DNA from: Promethearchaeota archaeon
GTDB lineage: Archaea > Asgardarchaeota > Heimdallarchaeia > Hodarchaeales > Hodarchaeaceae
Direction of reading: 5' to 3'
DNA: 64,000 bases
NCBI GenBank assembly: GCA_048938105.1
Contig: JBHLMN010000001.1
Location: 320,001-384,000, forward strand
Below, one piece after another: positions 54,301-62,867 of this stretch. Position numbers and translations under genes: made by a program. The number at the start of each line of letters is the position of its first letter. Within the stretch, counting starts at the first letter, position 1. The notes below the pieces were generated by a model that was not told the origin of the DNA, made no database searches, and worked only from the letters and a program-made list of their open reading frames with translations.

Positions 54301-56013
54301 GATTCTGAGTAAATATTTCAGATATTCTTTGTCATTTTCACTTAACTGGTTTCTATAGAATCTTAAAAGCTCTGTGATTAACTCAATAACCTTTTTTCTA
54401 TTTATTAAATTCTTTTCTTTCCATCGCGCTAGAAAGAATCTTCTTTCTCCAACTACGACTGATTTTCTCCAAATTCTAGTAGATTTTGTATTAATTCCAA
54501 CTTTTTCAAGAATAGGTTGAAGAAAGATAAAATCAAGAGGACAGGAAATAGATGAATGAGTTTTTTCAAGATGTTTTTCCATTCTTTGTTTTTTATTTTT
54601 TGATTTCAAATAAGGAAAGATTAAATCTGCTAATGTCCTATAATCTTCAAACCCATTTATAATTATTTCAAAAATAACACTATTTTTCAATCGTTTATCT
54701 TTTCTAACGCGATAACGTGGTTTAATTCCAAATACCGATAATAAACACTTTAGATCTACAGAAAACTCCTTACTTCCAGTTGAAAATTCTATCTTCTTCT
54801 CAGATTTTCTGATGTGACCATCACCGTCAATTAATCCTGCTATGTAAGAACTAATGACCGAAATAGGTGATTTGAAAATAAGCTCAGGTATCCTGACAGA
54901 TTTTGATTTTTTACCTATAATATTGCGATTTAACTTTCTGATTGCTTCATTCATTTCTTGATCGTAAGATGTTACATATTTAACTACCTTTGATCTCTTT
55001 AATGATCTCTTGTCTATTTGGATTGAATATTTTCTTCCTGTGATTTTTTCTAATATATTCTGATAAGAGTTAAGTAAATTGTTGTCAGTTGTAAAGAAGC
55101 TAAGACGTAAACCCTTCCATCCTGTCTTACTGTTTGTAAAATTTCTTAATGAACCATCTGTCTGGAATAAACCTATTAAATAAGCGAAATCCTCATCGAT
55201 TTGATAATTTTGCATATATTTATACTCGTTAAAAGGCCATTTTTTAATAGAACTATTATTGGATGTAATTAAGAAATCTCCCCTTTGAATTTCATCCGCT
55301 CTTTTTTCAATAACCCTATTATTACTCCAAATAAAGAAAGGATGCCAATTACTTGAAATAATTTCATTTTTTCCCTCCGTAACAATTTTAATTGTGTCTT
55401 TTTTGTTTAATACATATTTCCATATTTTCATCACTGGTTTTAAGACTATCTCCCCAGTACTTTTATCAAAGGAAAATGTTTGAATGTTTTCATCGGAAAT
55501 ATTCAAAATCCTTGCATTTCCTTGCTCTAAAACCTCTTTTTTATTAGAAAAAAAATCATAGATAGTATCAATTGCTTCAATACCACAGAATGTGGAATAG
55601 ACTCTAGTACCCCTTGCTATACACCCTCCACCTGATTTATGGATAATTGCTGCGTTCTTAATTGCTTGAAATATAGAATCCATATCATCGCGAATAGGTA
55701 AAACAAAGCAAGCAGATAATTGATTTAGCTCTGTTCCAGCATTCATCAATGTGGGTGAATTTGGTAAAAACTCTAGATTTACCATCATATCATAGAATTT
55801 ATCTTCATAAAAAGCTGGATTACCACCGTACCGTGTTTCATTCGCCGCAATAGCCTTAGCAACACGTTTAAACAGTTGATCAGGTGTTTCAATAACCTCT
55901 CCACGTTCATTTTGCCTCAAGTATCGTTTCTCAAGTACAATTTTTGCATTTGGTGTGAGTCTTGGCAGTTTTGTTTTCATGGACTTCTCTGGTTTTTCTG
56001 ATTTGATAGTCAT
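48301..56013 (-). CDS. nrdJ: Adenosylcobalamin-dependent (class II) ribonucleotide reductase precursor with four inteins
   Basis: PNSPTLMNAG, LSACFV, RRGANMG, TNP|CGE, TIAPTGT, KGLTVYR, C-terminal TSCPD-like region and zinc ribbon. Exteins total 778 aa. Confidence 0.96.
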   Translation of the reverse strand: MTIKSEKPEKSMKTKLPRLTPNAKIVLEKRYLRQNERGEVIETPDQLFKRVAKAIAANETRYGGNPAFYEDKFYDMMVNLEFLPNSPTLMNAGTELNQLSACFVLPIRDDMDSIFQAIKNAAIIHKSGGGCIARGTRVYSTFCGIEAIDTIYDFFSNKKEVLEQGNARILNISDENIQTFSFDKSTGEIVLKPVMKIWKYVLNKKDTIKIVTEGKNEIISSNWHPFFIWSNNRVIEKRADEIQRGDFLITSNNSSIKKWPFNEYKYMQNYQIDEDFAYLIGLFQTDGSLRNFTNSKTGWKGLRLSFFTTDNNLLNSYQNILEKITGRKYSIQIDKRSLKRSKVVKYVTSYDQEMNEAIRKLNRNIIGKKSKSVRIPELIFKSPISVISSYIAGLIDGDGHIRKSEKKIEFSTGSKEFSVDLKCLLSVFGIKPRYRVRKDKRLKNSVIFEIIINGFEDYRTLADLIFPYLKSKNKKQRMEKHLEKTHSSISCPLDFIFLQPILEKVGINTKSTRIWRKSVVVGERRFFLARWKEKNLINRKKVIELITELLRFYRNQLSENDKEYLKYLLRIIPSLVRVTSVESGDVEEFYDFTVENTNNYLAGKGPLFVIHNTGFTFSHLRPVNDKVQTTGGVASGPVSFMTVFNSATEIIKQGGCVSTKSHIRTPEGVIEIGELLDCPPMGENFTKDLVYDGDSYSNALISMDNGIAEVLRLKTDIGLNLEATCNHQIACIDQKGERVWKTINEIQAGDWVIVVLGGHNGKEVSLPKINEQHFNATPIKIPETMTSELGETLGLYMADGCLSTGGRMIFSVDNKDLDLIQRIEDLMLFSFGLKIGRKEDNVSWTDIIFYSYDLSRFFENMKWKKKSSTDAFIPREIFQSCPEVAKSFIRGLFEGDGNTHTNGYPRLYSTSQKLIEQTQQLLLGLNIVSSYSVRQKRDNSYGKKPIYTLRLVSDRSLRVFKEEIGFISKRKTETFRSRYHEKAFEYNDIIPNQGEKLKQLYTYVGRGSGKGRGKRGADRRFYRAIQHYIGDPSHRRNLTRKRLSFLQEKFDIIRNNEHFTKISDPKYYFTQVKSLKWTKSHTMDIEVPGSNQFVANGILVHNRRRGANMGILRVDHPDIMDFIRCKEDLSTLNNFNISVGLTEEFMEAVLNDKDYALVNPRNSEEVTRLKARVVFDEIVKMAHKNGEPGIIFLDRINAANPTPDLAKIEATNPCITGDTLIATADGRSAVPMKQLAKEGNDVPVFTEDDQGKITVRIMRRPRLTGKKVPVYQVLLDSGEILKTTANHRFYLRNGTIKRTDELQSGDSLHILTKVLQYQRGKYSVNPHKKYMRMYNRGRSEKSEHTLIAKFFHNNDNPIPKDHIVHHIDFDSENNSPENLQIMHVNEHDALHGISMKGRKNPIFQIKADPRKWKKYLEENPFYHTAGKNNPRYGVEVSEETKRKISLSRKQSYENNPEQRLLLSKISREKWKDPTYIKKSRIGFHQRALRKLEKCQQKTDLKCFLNGNSVMVEKTCEHCGKLFHISFNEREISYCNRNCFMKYFNSEKEMIIKRTLGVRKTYKNLAEEKRMKQILCYLELKEKLNREPFKKEWENSCKQSSIPFRLGTKFGFKNYRELKEHSTMYNDKVVNVKYLGKEDVYNGTVDEFHCFFIGGFGEQVGERTKIKFVKTQNCGEQPLLAYESCNLGSINLSKMVKKDPIDPLKYHIDYDHLERIITLAVRFLDNVIDVSSFPLPEIEEMTKRNRKIGLGIMGFADLLIKVGIPYNSEKGIELAKRVMSYIRTIAIRESQKLAQERGSFPNFNKSIFAEKYPMMRNATLTTIAPTGTISIIAGCSSGIEPLFMLTYERRVLDDDILVEGYPFFVEIAKSQGFYSQDLMEKIAATGSIAEMAEIPEEIRQTFVTAHDISPEWHVRMQAAFQTSGVDNAVSKCIAGDTLLPTNKGLVPVAECGFANGVDEFDSPLPDLYVIDGKEGQLKKVISHYSAGKHSSVEIMLRNGSKIIGAKTTHNIMTSSGWKTLSNLKKGDLVVVRHNSPPIHTEGGKTIDFNHEFKTSSNIVQLPKKMDALLARWLGMLAADGSMVESTGAVALVENNSNVGDLFDILSMEIFEEKPRLIKDKRNNVISHVITSRALVRFVRSLIGVKARNKHVPKQILEGSAEEKKAFLEGVTLDGYLKKNRGLVVYGGMSKRLAYQISELLRSFGLPYIYQGQKKVKGYGIYYYVEISNELQGIITPIEEHKRSPPHYKKYFVLIDPNEVQEKTLPTSDEYYSNLRWLKQSKREYCWNTVAKSLNLRIIAAVEKVTSIEDIGDIPLFDVEVKNSHTYLVNGIVSHNTINFPKEATVADINNAYMLAYKLGCKGLTVYRSGSRSYDVLSKKGTNEVKTKSDKVISSKKPRYRPDVTRGVTERVRVGCGTNLFITINEDEEGLAELFLSLGKSGGCVASHIESMGRLISLALRSRIEPDEIIMQLKSIRCPSPTFGSEGPILSCADAVAKAVERFINRYSVNNHKNESVQVRETEENDFSSGGNTIYLSHTTSGLRPECPECGNIVEHSEGCILCRVCGYSKCG
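49012..50223 (-). mobile_element. Intein 4 (404 aa, LAGLIDADG) in NrdJ
   Basis: AVSK|CIAGD...VSHN|TINF; motifs LGMLAADG and LEGVTLDG. Confidence 0.92.
50998..52374 (-). mobile_element. Intein 3 (459 aa, HNH endonuclease) at the catalytic Cys of NrdJ
   Basis: ATNP|CITGD...KTQN|CGEQ; block B TTANH; HNH motif VHHIDFDSENNSPENL; NUMOD3-like SEETKRKIS. Confidence 0.92.
52708..54048 (-). mobile_element. Intein 2 (447 aa, LAGLIDADG) in NrdJ, +1 residue Arg
   Basis: KQGG|CVSTK...LVHN|RRRGANMG; motifs LGLYMADG and IRGLFEGDG. Confidence 0.9.
54178..55623 (-). mobile_element. Intein 1 (482 aa, LAGLIDADG) in NrdJ
   Basis: SGGG|CIARG...VIHN|TGF; motifs LIGLFQTDG and IAGLIDGDG. Confidence 0.93.
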
Positions 56014-56486
56014 TATTTTAATCTCTTTTTTTCTAATATAGTGAATTTAGGTAAACGAAATTCTAGTTGTAACATAACATGCATCGCAAGAGATGTTCAA
56101 ATTAGAGTGCCTTTTCATTAATTGATTATTGAATCTCATTTAAAAACCCAAAAAAATGATGGTGTACTAATAATCGTTAAGTAGTTAGAAACATAAACAG
56201 CTCAAACTTTTTTTACTCCTCAAATCGTAAACTGAGGAAGGTTTGATATTTATTAAAAGTCTAATGCCAGGGTACTATTTGGGAAATATGCAGAGAGATT
56301 GTTGTACTACTGTACTGATACGGATACATAATAGTTTCGCTTTAAAATGAATTAATGTCAGATATATATGACCAGAGGCTTATCGATTATAAGATGTAAT
56401 AATCAGTAAGTACTGGGATATTACCTCTGAAATATGCTTGTTTTAAACCATCCATAATATCAAGTTCTTCAACCAACAAAAAGAGG

Positions 56487-56687
56487 TTGATAATACAAAT
56501 GATGAAGCTTATTACAGTACATTTACCAAATGATCAGGTATTAGGTCTTGATGAATTAGTACGCAGTGGACGGTACCCTAATCGCAGCGAAGCAATTCGT
56601 TTTGCCATACGTGATATGTTGAAGGATGAATTGTGGAGTCTTCGTGCCAGTGCATTAATTCCCCAATCTCGAGAGGTTTCTTATTGA
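56487..56687 (+). CDS. Ribbon-helix-helix (CopG/CdrS-like) regulator
   Basis: MKLITVHLP...LDELV..GRYPNRSEAIRFAIRDML. Confidence 0.88.
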   Translation: MIIQMMKLITVHLPNDQVLGLDELVRSGRYPNRSEAIRFAIRDMLKDELWSLRASALIPQSREVSY

Positions 56688-56814
56688 AAATAGAATCTTT
56701 ATAAAAATCAAAGTTCTTTTTTCTACTAATTCTAAAGATCGTTGACTGGTATATACTTAACTTGAAACTGTATTCTTATTAGCTATTTTTATTCGTTCTA
56801 TCTAGGGCATTCTA

Positions 56815-57426
56815 ATGAATGAGAAAAGAAAAGTTAAACGTTGGCGAACTATCAAGCCGAAAACTCCTATTATCGGGATCGATGACGGGGGATTTGATCG
56901 TTTTTCTAAAGAAGATATAATTATTCCAGTTTATGGGGTCATCATGAAAGGATCAGCATATGTTGATGGTATTATTCAATGTCATCTTAAGAGAGATGAT
57001 CCTCAAGCCACTACCACCATCACTCAGATGATCTTAGATTCATCACATAAAAATCAGTTAAAAACAATATTCTTCCAGGGGATCACGATCGCTGGTTTTG
57101 GAGTCATAGATATTGTGGATTTGTATGAATTAACTGGAATTCCTGTTATTGTGGTGCTTCGAAAATATCCAAATTTTACCAAAATTAAAAGTGCTTTAGA
57201 AAAGGTTTTTCCTACTGACCAAGATAGGTGGCAAAGTATAAGACGGGCTGGAGACCCATTAAAAGTCCAAGAAGATCCAGCAATTTTCCTCCAACTTGCT
57301 GGAATTCATCCAAAAGATGCTTATCTACTTATTAAGAGATGTACGGCTGTTGGTACTATTCCAGAAGCTTTGAGGATTGCTCACTTCATTGGAGCAAGTT
57401 ACTATCATTCTTCACGTCAAATCTAA
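56815..57426 (+). CDS. DUF99/UPF0215 family protein (endonuclease V-like fold)
   Basis: IIGIDDG, GITIAGFGVID, PEALRIAH. Confidence 0.87.
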   Translation: MNEKRKVKRWRTIKPKTPIIGIDDGGFDRFSKEDIIIPVYGVIMKGSAYVDGIIQCHLKRDDPQATTTITQMILDSSHKNQLKTIFFQGITIAGFGVIDIVDLYELTGIPVIVVLRKYPNFTKIKSALEKVFPTDQDRWQSIRRAGDPLKVQEDPAIFLQLAGIHPKDAYLLIKRCTAVGTIPEALRIAHFIGASYYHSSRQI

Positions 57427-57429
57427 TAT

Positions 57430-58974
57430 TTAAACTTCTTGATTACCTTTGTCTATCTGGGGAGGTAATAATTCCTCGTACAGGAGAACTATTGGCGCTA
57501 ATAACCAGCTAAATCCGCCTCCTACTACAAACAAAGAGAAATCATTAGATAAGCAAAATACCCCAATTACTATTAAAGTTCCAGATAAACAAAGAGCTAA
57601 TATTGAATTCCGAACTGCATGTATATCACGATTCCAAACACTTCCTTCGCTCAGAGGGGTATTTTTAAGTAACAATCCCTCTATTACACCAGAGATAATG
57701 AAAAAGAAAGCACCTAATGAAAATAAATAGAACGGTATTAACTGTAACAATCGAATAATCAAACTTTGTGTCCTCTTTTCCCAAACAATGGCTAATAGAG
57801 CTGCTAAAGTGTACGATATACTTACAAGCGCTGGCATTAAGTACCCCAAATGAAATCCTAATGCCTCGCTTCGTAAGAAGGGAATATCAGCTAGCATCAT
57901 TATAGCTAAAAGTGATATTAGAAAAACTATACTAATTCCTGAAAAAAAGGCCATTGCATTCAAGATCAACTCGAATTTTTTTTTCCAGCCTATATAAGGA
58001 GAGGATAAGATAGAACGTGACCGTATTCGGAGGATATTACAAGCACCATGAGCCCAACGCCACAATTGAGCTACTTGCGCCTTAGCTGTCTCAGGAACAA
58101 GTCCATATGAGCCAATAAAATCTAGATATCTCCCCTCATAACCCCGTGAAAGAATTTTCATTGAAGTATCAATATCTTCAATCAATGTTTCTTCAGAAAA
58201 GCCACCAACTTCAATTAAAACTTCTTTTCGAAAGCATCCTGTTGTACCATTGAAAAGTACAACCCCTCGTTGCTCTTTTGCCGCCTCAAAAACCTCATAG
58301 AATTGGGAATATAAGATAGAGTTAGCAGCTTGATATAATCTCTGTGTATTTCTATAAGAGGTTTTTGCTTGGACATAACCGACCTGTTCATCCAATATTA
58401 CCTTAGAAAACTCTGTTAATAAGTTTGGGACCGGGATGTGATCAGAATCTAGAATTACTATAAAATCTCCACGAGTCTTATCAAGTACAGCGTTGATATT
58501 CCCAGCTTTGAAACCTCGTGTGTCTGGTTTATGATAAAATTGAATATTAAATGTCATGCAAAACTCCTTTAACAGTTTCGTAACGTTAGGATCCTGACCA
58601 TTATCACTTACAATAATATCATAATGTGAATATTTTATTTTCAGGGTTCCTTCCAGAGTTTTTTTAAGTAACGAAAAGGGAGTTCCATGGGAGGGTACAA
58701 TAATAGTAAAAGATGGAGGTTTTATAGGGCGTTTATCTTGGGGGATTAATTTATACCTGAATTGAAAAGCACCAGATATCATATAAAAAAGATAAAATGC
58801 AAACAAAAACCCAAACAGTTCGATCATAAGAAGGATAATATTAAGCATTATTGTCACAAAGTCTATCTGAATAAAGATTATTAATAAGCTAGATACAGTA
58901 TAAACAGGAATCACAATGAGAATTAGAACAGAAATACCAAGGGTTATCCAGGACAAACAGCGATATACCCACAT
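57430..58974 (-). CDS. Processive GT2 glycosyltransferase (cellulose synthase-like)
   Basis: Two N-terminal TMs, FKAGNIN, DSD, IED, QLWRW (QxxRW), several C-terminal TMs. Confidence 0.88.
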   Translation of the reverse strand: MWVYRCLSWITLGISVLILIVIPVYTVSSLLIIFIQIDFVTIMLNIILLMIELFGFLFAFYLFYMISGAFQFRYKLIPQDKRPIKPPSFTIIVPSHGTPFSLLKKTLEGTLKIKYSHYDIIVSDNGQDPNVTKLLKEFCMTFNIQFYHKPDTRGFKAGNINAVLDKTRGDFIVILDSDHIPVPNLLTEFSKVILDEQVGYVQAKTSYRNTQRLYQAANSILYSQFYEVFEAAKEQRGVVLFNGTTGCFRKEVLIEVGGFSEETLIEDIDTSMKILSRGYEGRYLDFIGSYGLVPETAKAQVAQLWRWAHGACNILRIRSRSILSSPYIGWKKKFELILNAMAFFSGISIVFLISLLAIMMLADIPFLRSEALGFHLGYLMPALVSISYTLAALLAIVWEKRTQSLIIRLLQLIPFYLFSLGAFFFIISGVIEGLLLKNTPLSEGSVWNRDIHAVRNSILALCLSGTLIVIGVFCLSNDFSLFVVGGGFSWLLAPIVLLYEELLPPQIDKGNQEV

Positions 58975-59007
58975 TTGATGTTTCTTCCCGAGTCTTAAAA
59001 GTCTGAA

Positions 59008-59853
59008 TTAAAAATCAAGTTTTCCAGCTAAGAAATCAGACCAACCCTTTTTGTACTTCTCAGGACTGTTAATGTGATTCCAATAGACTGGAGAGTCTGG
59101 AAAATATCCATAAAGTAGCCCCTCTTTAGCTAGAGTTGGGAAAACATCCTTCTCTAGGGATGAAATTGGTTTTTCGATGAATGTGAAAATCTCAGGCTCA
59201 AAAATGTAAATACCAGCGTTAATAAATTTCAATCCTTTCTTCCCACTAGTAATAAATCTAACAATTTTTCTACTTTTTTCATCAAAATCAACTTGACCGT
59301 TTGTATTTTCAAGAATAAACATAGTACATATCCCCCCCTCTTTAATTTTGCGACGATGGTATTCTATCAATGAACTAAGATTTAAATTTGTAATTAGATC
59401 TCCATTCATAACTAAAAATGTAGATTTAAACTGTTTCTGAGCATGTAATACTGCCCCCGCAGTGTCCAAAGGTTTGTCTTCTGAAATAAATCCAATTTCG
59501 ACACCTGGAATCTTTTTTTCTGAGAATTGCTGTTGAATGTGTTCTTGAAGATATCCCACTGAAAGAAAGATTTCGATTAAGGCATGTCGCCGTAATAGGT
59601 CTATAGAATACTCTATAATTGGTTTATAACCAATGGGTAACATAACAGCTGGAGTAGCAACAGAAATTGGTCGAAAGCTCGTCCCACGACCTCCACATAA
59701 AATTAGGGACTTTATAGTGTGAGCTTCTAATGCAACTTTTAATGCTTGGATAATAAACTGCTTAACATTGCCGTGACCTGCTACCTCCACCAAATTCAAC
59801 CAAAATGTGTTTGTGAACTCAATCGTATATTTATGAATGTCCTTATTTTTCAT
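59008..59853 (-). CDS. Sugar-phosphate nucleotidyltransferase-like protein with N-terminal RHH-like extension
   Basis: ILCGGRGT, EDKPLDTAGA, VMNGD, INAGIYIF, SLEKDVFP; ~45-aa N-terminal extension. Confidence 0.8.
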   Translation of the reverse strand: MKNKDIHKYTIEFTNTFWLNLVEVAGHGNVKQFIIQALKVALEAHTIKSLILCGGRGTSFRPISVATPAVMLPIGYKPIIEYSIDLLRRHALIEIFLSVGYLQEHIQQQFSEKKIPGVEIGFISEDKPLDTAGAVLHAQKQFKSTFLVMNGDLITNLNLSSLIEYHRRKIKEGGICTMFILENTNGQVDFDEKSRKIVRFITSGKKGLKFINAGIYIFEPEIFTFIEKPISSLEKDVFPTLAKEGLLYGYFPDSPVYWNHINSPEKYKKGWSDFLAGKLDF

Positions 59854-59895
59854 TGAAAATCATTCTCTAAACCATTTAGTTGAAAATATAAGATT

Positions 59896-60987
59896 TCATT
59901 TTTCACGTTCAGCAAGAAATTGGACTAAAATTTTAAGAAAGACAAACAACTCATTTGCTTGGTTATCTTCACCGCTCTGTTCAGCCTGGATGGCTTCTAA
60001 TTCTTGTACACAAAACTGGGCATACTCATCTCTAACTTCCCTTACTCGATGATTGACTGAACGAAAAGCTTCAATGACATAGTTTATTTCTTCTTCTGTT
60101 TTCTTTCCAACTGGTTTATTATAAATCTCTTTTATCTTAGAAGCATATTCAGTTTGTAAAACGAAAAAAAGGAATAAGTTTCGCTTTGATTCTTGTATAT
60201 CCCAATATGGGACTTTTCCGAATTGTTCTGGATTTCCTAGGATGTCTAAGTAATCATCTTGAATTTGAAATGCAATACCTGCAGCAACAATAGCATCATG
60301 TAATCTATCAGTAAATAGATCTCCACGGTTGGCTGCTAAACAACCTAGCTTAACGCAACCAGCAAAAACAATAGCTGTTTTCAGCTCCATAATTTTGATA
60401 ACATGATCTTTGTCAAAATTAAAATTGTGATTTAATCTATCTTCTAATTCAATGGCATTACCTAAACTGACTTGATAAGCATAATCGAGAACAAGGTTTA
60501 GAGTGGGTTCATTCTTCAGTAATGTCAAAGCATAAGCATGAAGAACATCTCCATCATGGAGCGCACGATCTGCCCCATGAATTATGTGAAAGGCTTTTTT
60601 TCCGCGTCTGAGTGGAGCGCCATCAATTAAATCATCATGAATCAAAGTCATATTATGCAGAAGCTCGATGGCAATTGCGGCATTATACGATCTCTCCATT
60701 GCAACTTCTCGATATTCAGTATTTCTAACTAATAAATCAGTTGTTACTGCAATGAGTGCTGGACGAAGTCGTTTTCCTTGGGTTGTTAGAATGAAATCAT
60801 GAATTCGCTCTCTTGTTGGACTAATAAGTCCATTTATTGCTTGAGTGAGCTTTTTGTTCAAATGTTCCATAATTTCTGCATTTATGAACTCTAGTGCCAC
60901 GAAAAAAGCCCTCTTATTCATATTACATAAAATCGTGTTTTTCTTCAATACACTGATAGAAAATATAGTTGTGTGACATTCTATCAT
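59896..60987 (-). CDS. Polyprenyl diphosphate synthase (second copy)
   Basis: GKRLRP, FARM MTLIHDDLIDGAPLRRG, LKTA, SARM FQIQDDYLD. Real start is probably further downstream (~60870-60920). Confidence 0.9.
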   Translation of the reverse strand: MIECHTTIFSISVLKKNTILCNMNKRAFFVALEFINAEIMEHLNKKLTQAINGLISPTRERIHDFILTTQGKRLRPALIAVTTDLLVRNTEYREVAMERSYNAAIAIELLHNMTLIHDDLIDGAPLRRGKKAFHIIHGADRALHDGDVLHAYALTLLKNEPTLNLVLDYAYQVSLGNAIELEDRLNHNFNFDKDHVIKIMELKTAIVFAGCVKLGCLAANRGDLFTDRLHDAIVAAGIAFQIQDDYLDILGNPEQFGKVPYWDIQESKRNLFLFFVLQTEYASKIKEIYNKPVGKKTEEEINYVIEAFRSVNHRVREVRDEYAQFCVQELEAIQAEQSGEDNQANELFVFLKILVQFLAEREK

Positions 60988-61406
60988 CCTGTAGGTTCAA
61001 TTTTTTGACCAGTATTTAATAGGTTTGCTGTATCTTATTAATAGGTTTTCTCTGAATAAGCTGCAATAAGAGGTTTTTGACTATTTAAAGAGAAGGATAA
61101 ATCAAGACATGAAGGTAATTTGAATTGAATTAGTATTAATTATTTAAAAGAAAGCTGTAGAGCAATACAGTGAACTTATCATATAATTTGGTCTTTTTCA
61201 TTAATATTGGTAATCTGCGTTATAGAACCGATAGTAAAACGAGAACTCCATTATCATTTTGGAAGTTGAGAATCGATTGACTTGCAGGAAATCGTTTCTT
61301 TTAAGTGATTGTAGTTCACTAGGTTTTCTTAACCAATAGGCTTTTTTAAATATAACCAATATTCATTTTAAGAACAGTTAAGATTCTTATACGGATGATC
61401 CCATAA

Positions 61407-62705
61407 TTGTCTTTTCAATTCTGTCCTTATTGTAATAAAAAAACTCCAGTAAGAAACTTTTGTGTCCATTGTGGAAATAAATTATCAAATGCCAATACTT
61501 GTCTTTATTGTAATGCTTCAATTCCTTTGAACACCACTCTTTGCCCTTTTTGCGGTCATAATGCCTCTTTTTCATCATCTAACAATACGCTGAAAGATTA
61601 TTCTCATCTTAATTGGATTTCTATAGATTTTCGTTTAGCGATTTTAGTAATATTTATTCTTTCAGCCTACTATCTTACTCAACTGATGATTGGATCGATT
61701 TTCTTCTTCTTTTTTCCCGTTGAATTCAGCTCAGATAATAATAATGCTTTTTTTTCTCTAGTCATCATGCTAGTAAGTAGTATATTATTGATTTTGATCT
61801 TTGTAAAATGGCTACCGTTTTCAACCAAAGAAAAAAATTTGAAAAAAAGTGAACTACAACTTCTTTTTCTCTTAATTATAATACTTATGGTATCTGTCTC
61901 TATCATTGAGATACTTGTTTCACTCACTGGTATTGGATTAGATCTGATTAATGTAGATCCTTCTCTCTCTTCTCCTTATGATGATTTCTTTATAAATCCT
62001 CTTAATATCCTTACTTTCACAATTTTGGCAACTATTATTGGCCCGATTTTTGAAGAGCTCGTTTACCGTCATTTTACAATATCTACAATGTTGAAACAAT
62101 GTCAATCGAAATTTTTTGTAGTTTTTACGAGTGCATTAATCTTTAGCCTCTCCCATACCGCAGCAAACTTATTAGAAAGCCTCCGTTATGCAATTTTACA
62201 CTTAATTGTTACTTTCAGTATCGGCATTGTCTTAGGGATAATCTTTCTCCGCTGGGGATTAAAATATGCAATTATATTCCACTCTTTATGGAATATATTT
62301 TCACTAATAGTCGAATTATTGATCATTTTTGATGGACAAGAGTTGATCGATTTGATTCTTTTAGTATCTATGGCTATAACTTTTATCCTAACTGTTTTTT
62401 TCCTTTTTCTGTTTCGATCCTCTTTGGTTCGGATTATTTTTAAAACAAAACTCCCAACAAAAACTGAGATTTTGTTTATTTTAGCTAATTTCTCCATTAT
62501 CATTACTTATGAGTTATTATTACCTTTATTACTCTTATCAACAAATCAAAATCTTTTGACTGCAGGACTTATCTTTTTTTATCAGTTTTGTGGGTTTTTA
62601 GTTGGATTAATACTAATTAACAGAAAGCAAAAGATAGTAACAAACTTTAATAGCAATTTACTAGAGGGTAATGACATTTATGAGGATTTATCATCTTTAG
62701 AGTAA
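61407..62705 (+). CDS. CPBP (CAAX/Abi) intramembrane metalloprotease with N-terminal double zinc ribbon
   Basis: Four CxxC at the N-terminus; FEELVYR, FSLSH, HSLWN; multiple TMs. Confidence 0.88.
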   Translation: MSFQFCPYCNKKTPVRNFCVHCGNKLSNANTCLYCNASIPLNTTLCPFCGHNASFSSSNNTLKDYSHLNWISIDFRLAILVIFILSAYYLTQLMIGSIFFFFFPVEFSSDNNNAFFSLVIMLVSSILLILIFVKWLPFSTKEKNLKKSELQLLFLLIIILMVSVSIIEILVSLTGIGLDLINVDPSLSSPYDDFFINPLNILTFTILATIIGPIFEELVYRHFTISTMLKQCQSKFFVVFTSALIFSLSHTAANLLESLRYAILHLIVTFSIGIVLGIIFLRWGLKYAIIFHSLWNIFSLIVELLIIFDGQELIDLILLVSMAITFILTVFFLFLFRSSLVRIIFKTKLPTKTEILFILANFSIIITYELLLPLLLLSTNQNLLTAGLIFFYQFCGFLVGLILINRKQKIVTNFNSNLLEGNDIYEDLSSLE

Positions 62706-62867
62706 ATCAAGTAATCAATTATTATAATCTCTGTAGCAAATTGAATAAATAATCCTTTAAGTGCCAAAAGATTTCAAAACCAATCTAATGTGATAATCAA
62801 CCTGAATTTAAGCCTACTTTTTAGTTTGAGGAAAGCCAATAAAAAAAAGGAAAAAAAGGTGTGTAAA

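Noticed and set aside
56028-56048. Possible NrdR box upstream of nrdJ (CACTATATTAG on minus strand)
   Set aside because: Partial single match, no tandem second box, and no nrdR in the window.
56487-57426. cdrS-ftsZ operon
   Set aside because: The RHH is CdrS-like but is followed by a DUF99 gene, not ftsZ, so no symbol was assigned.
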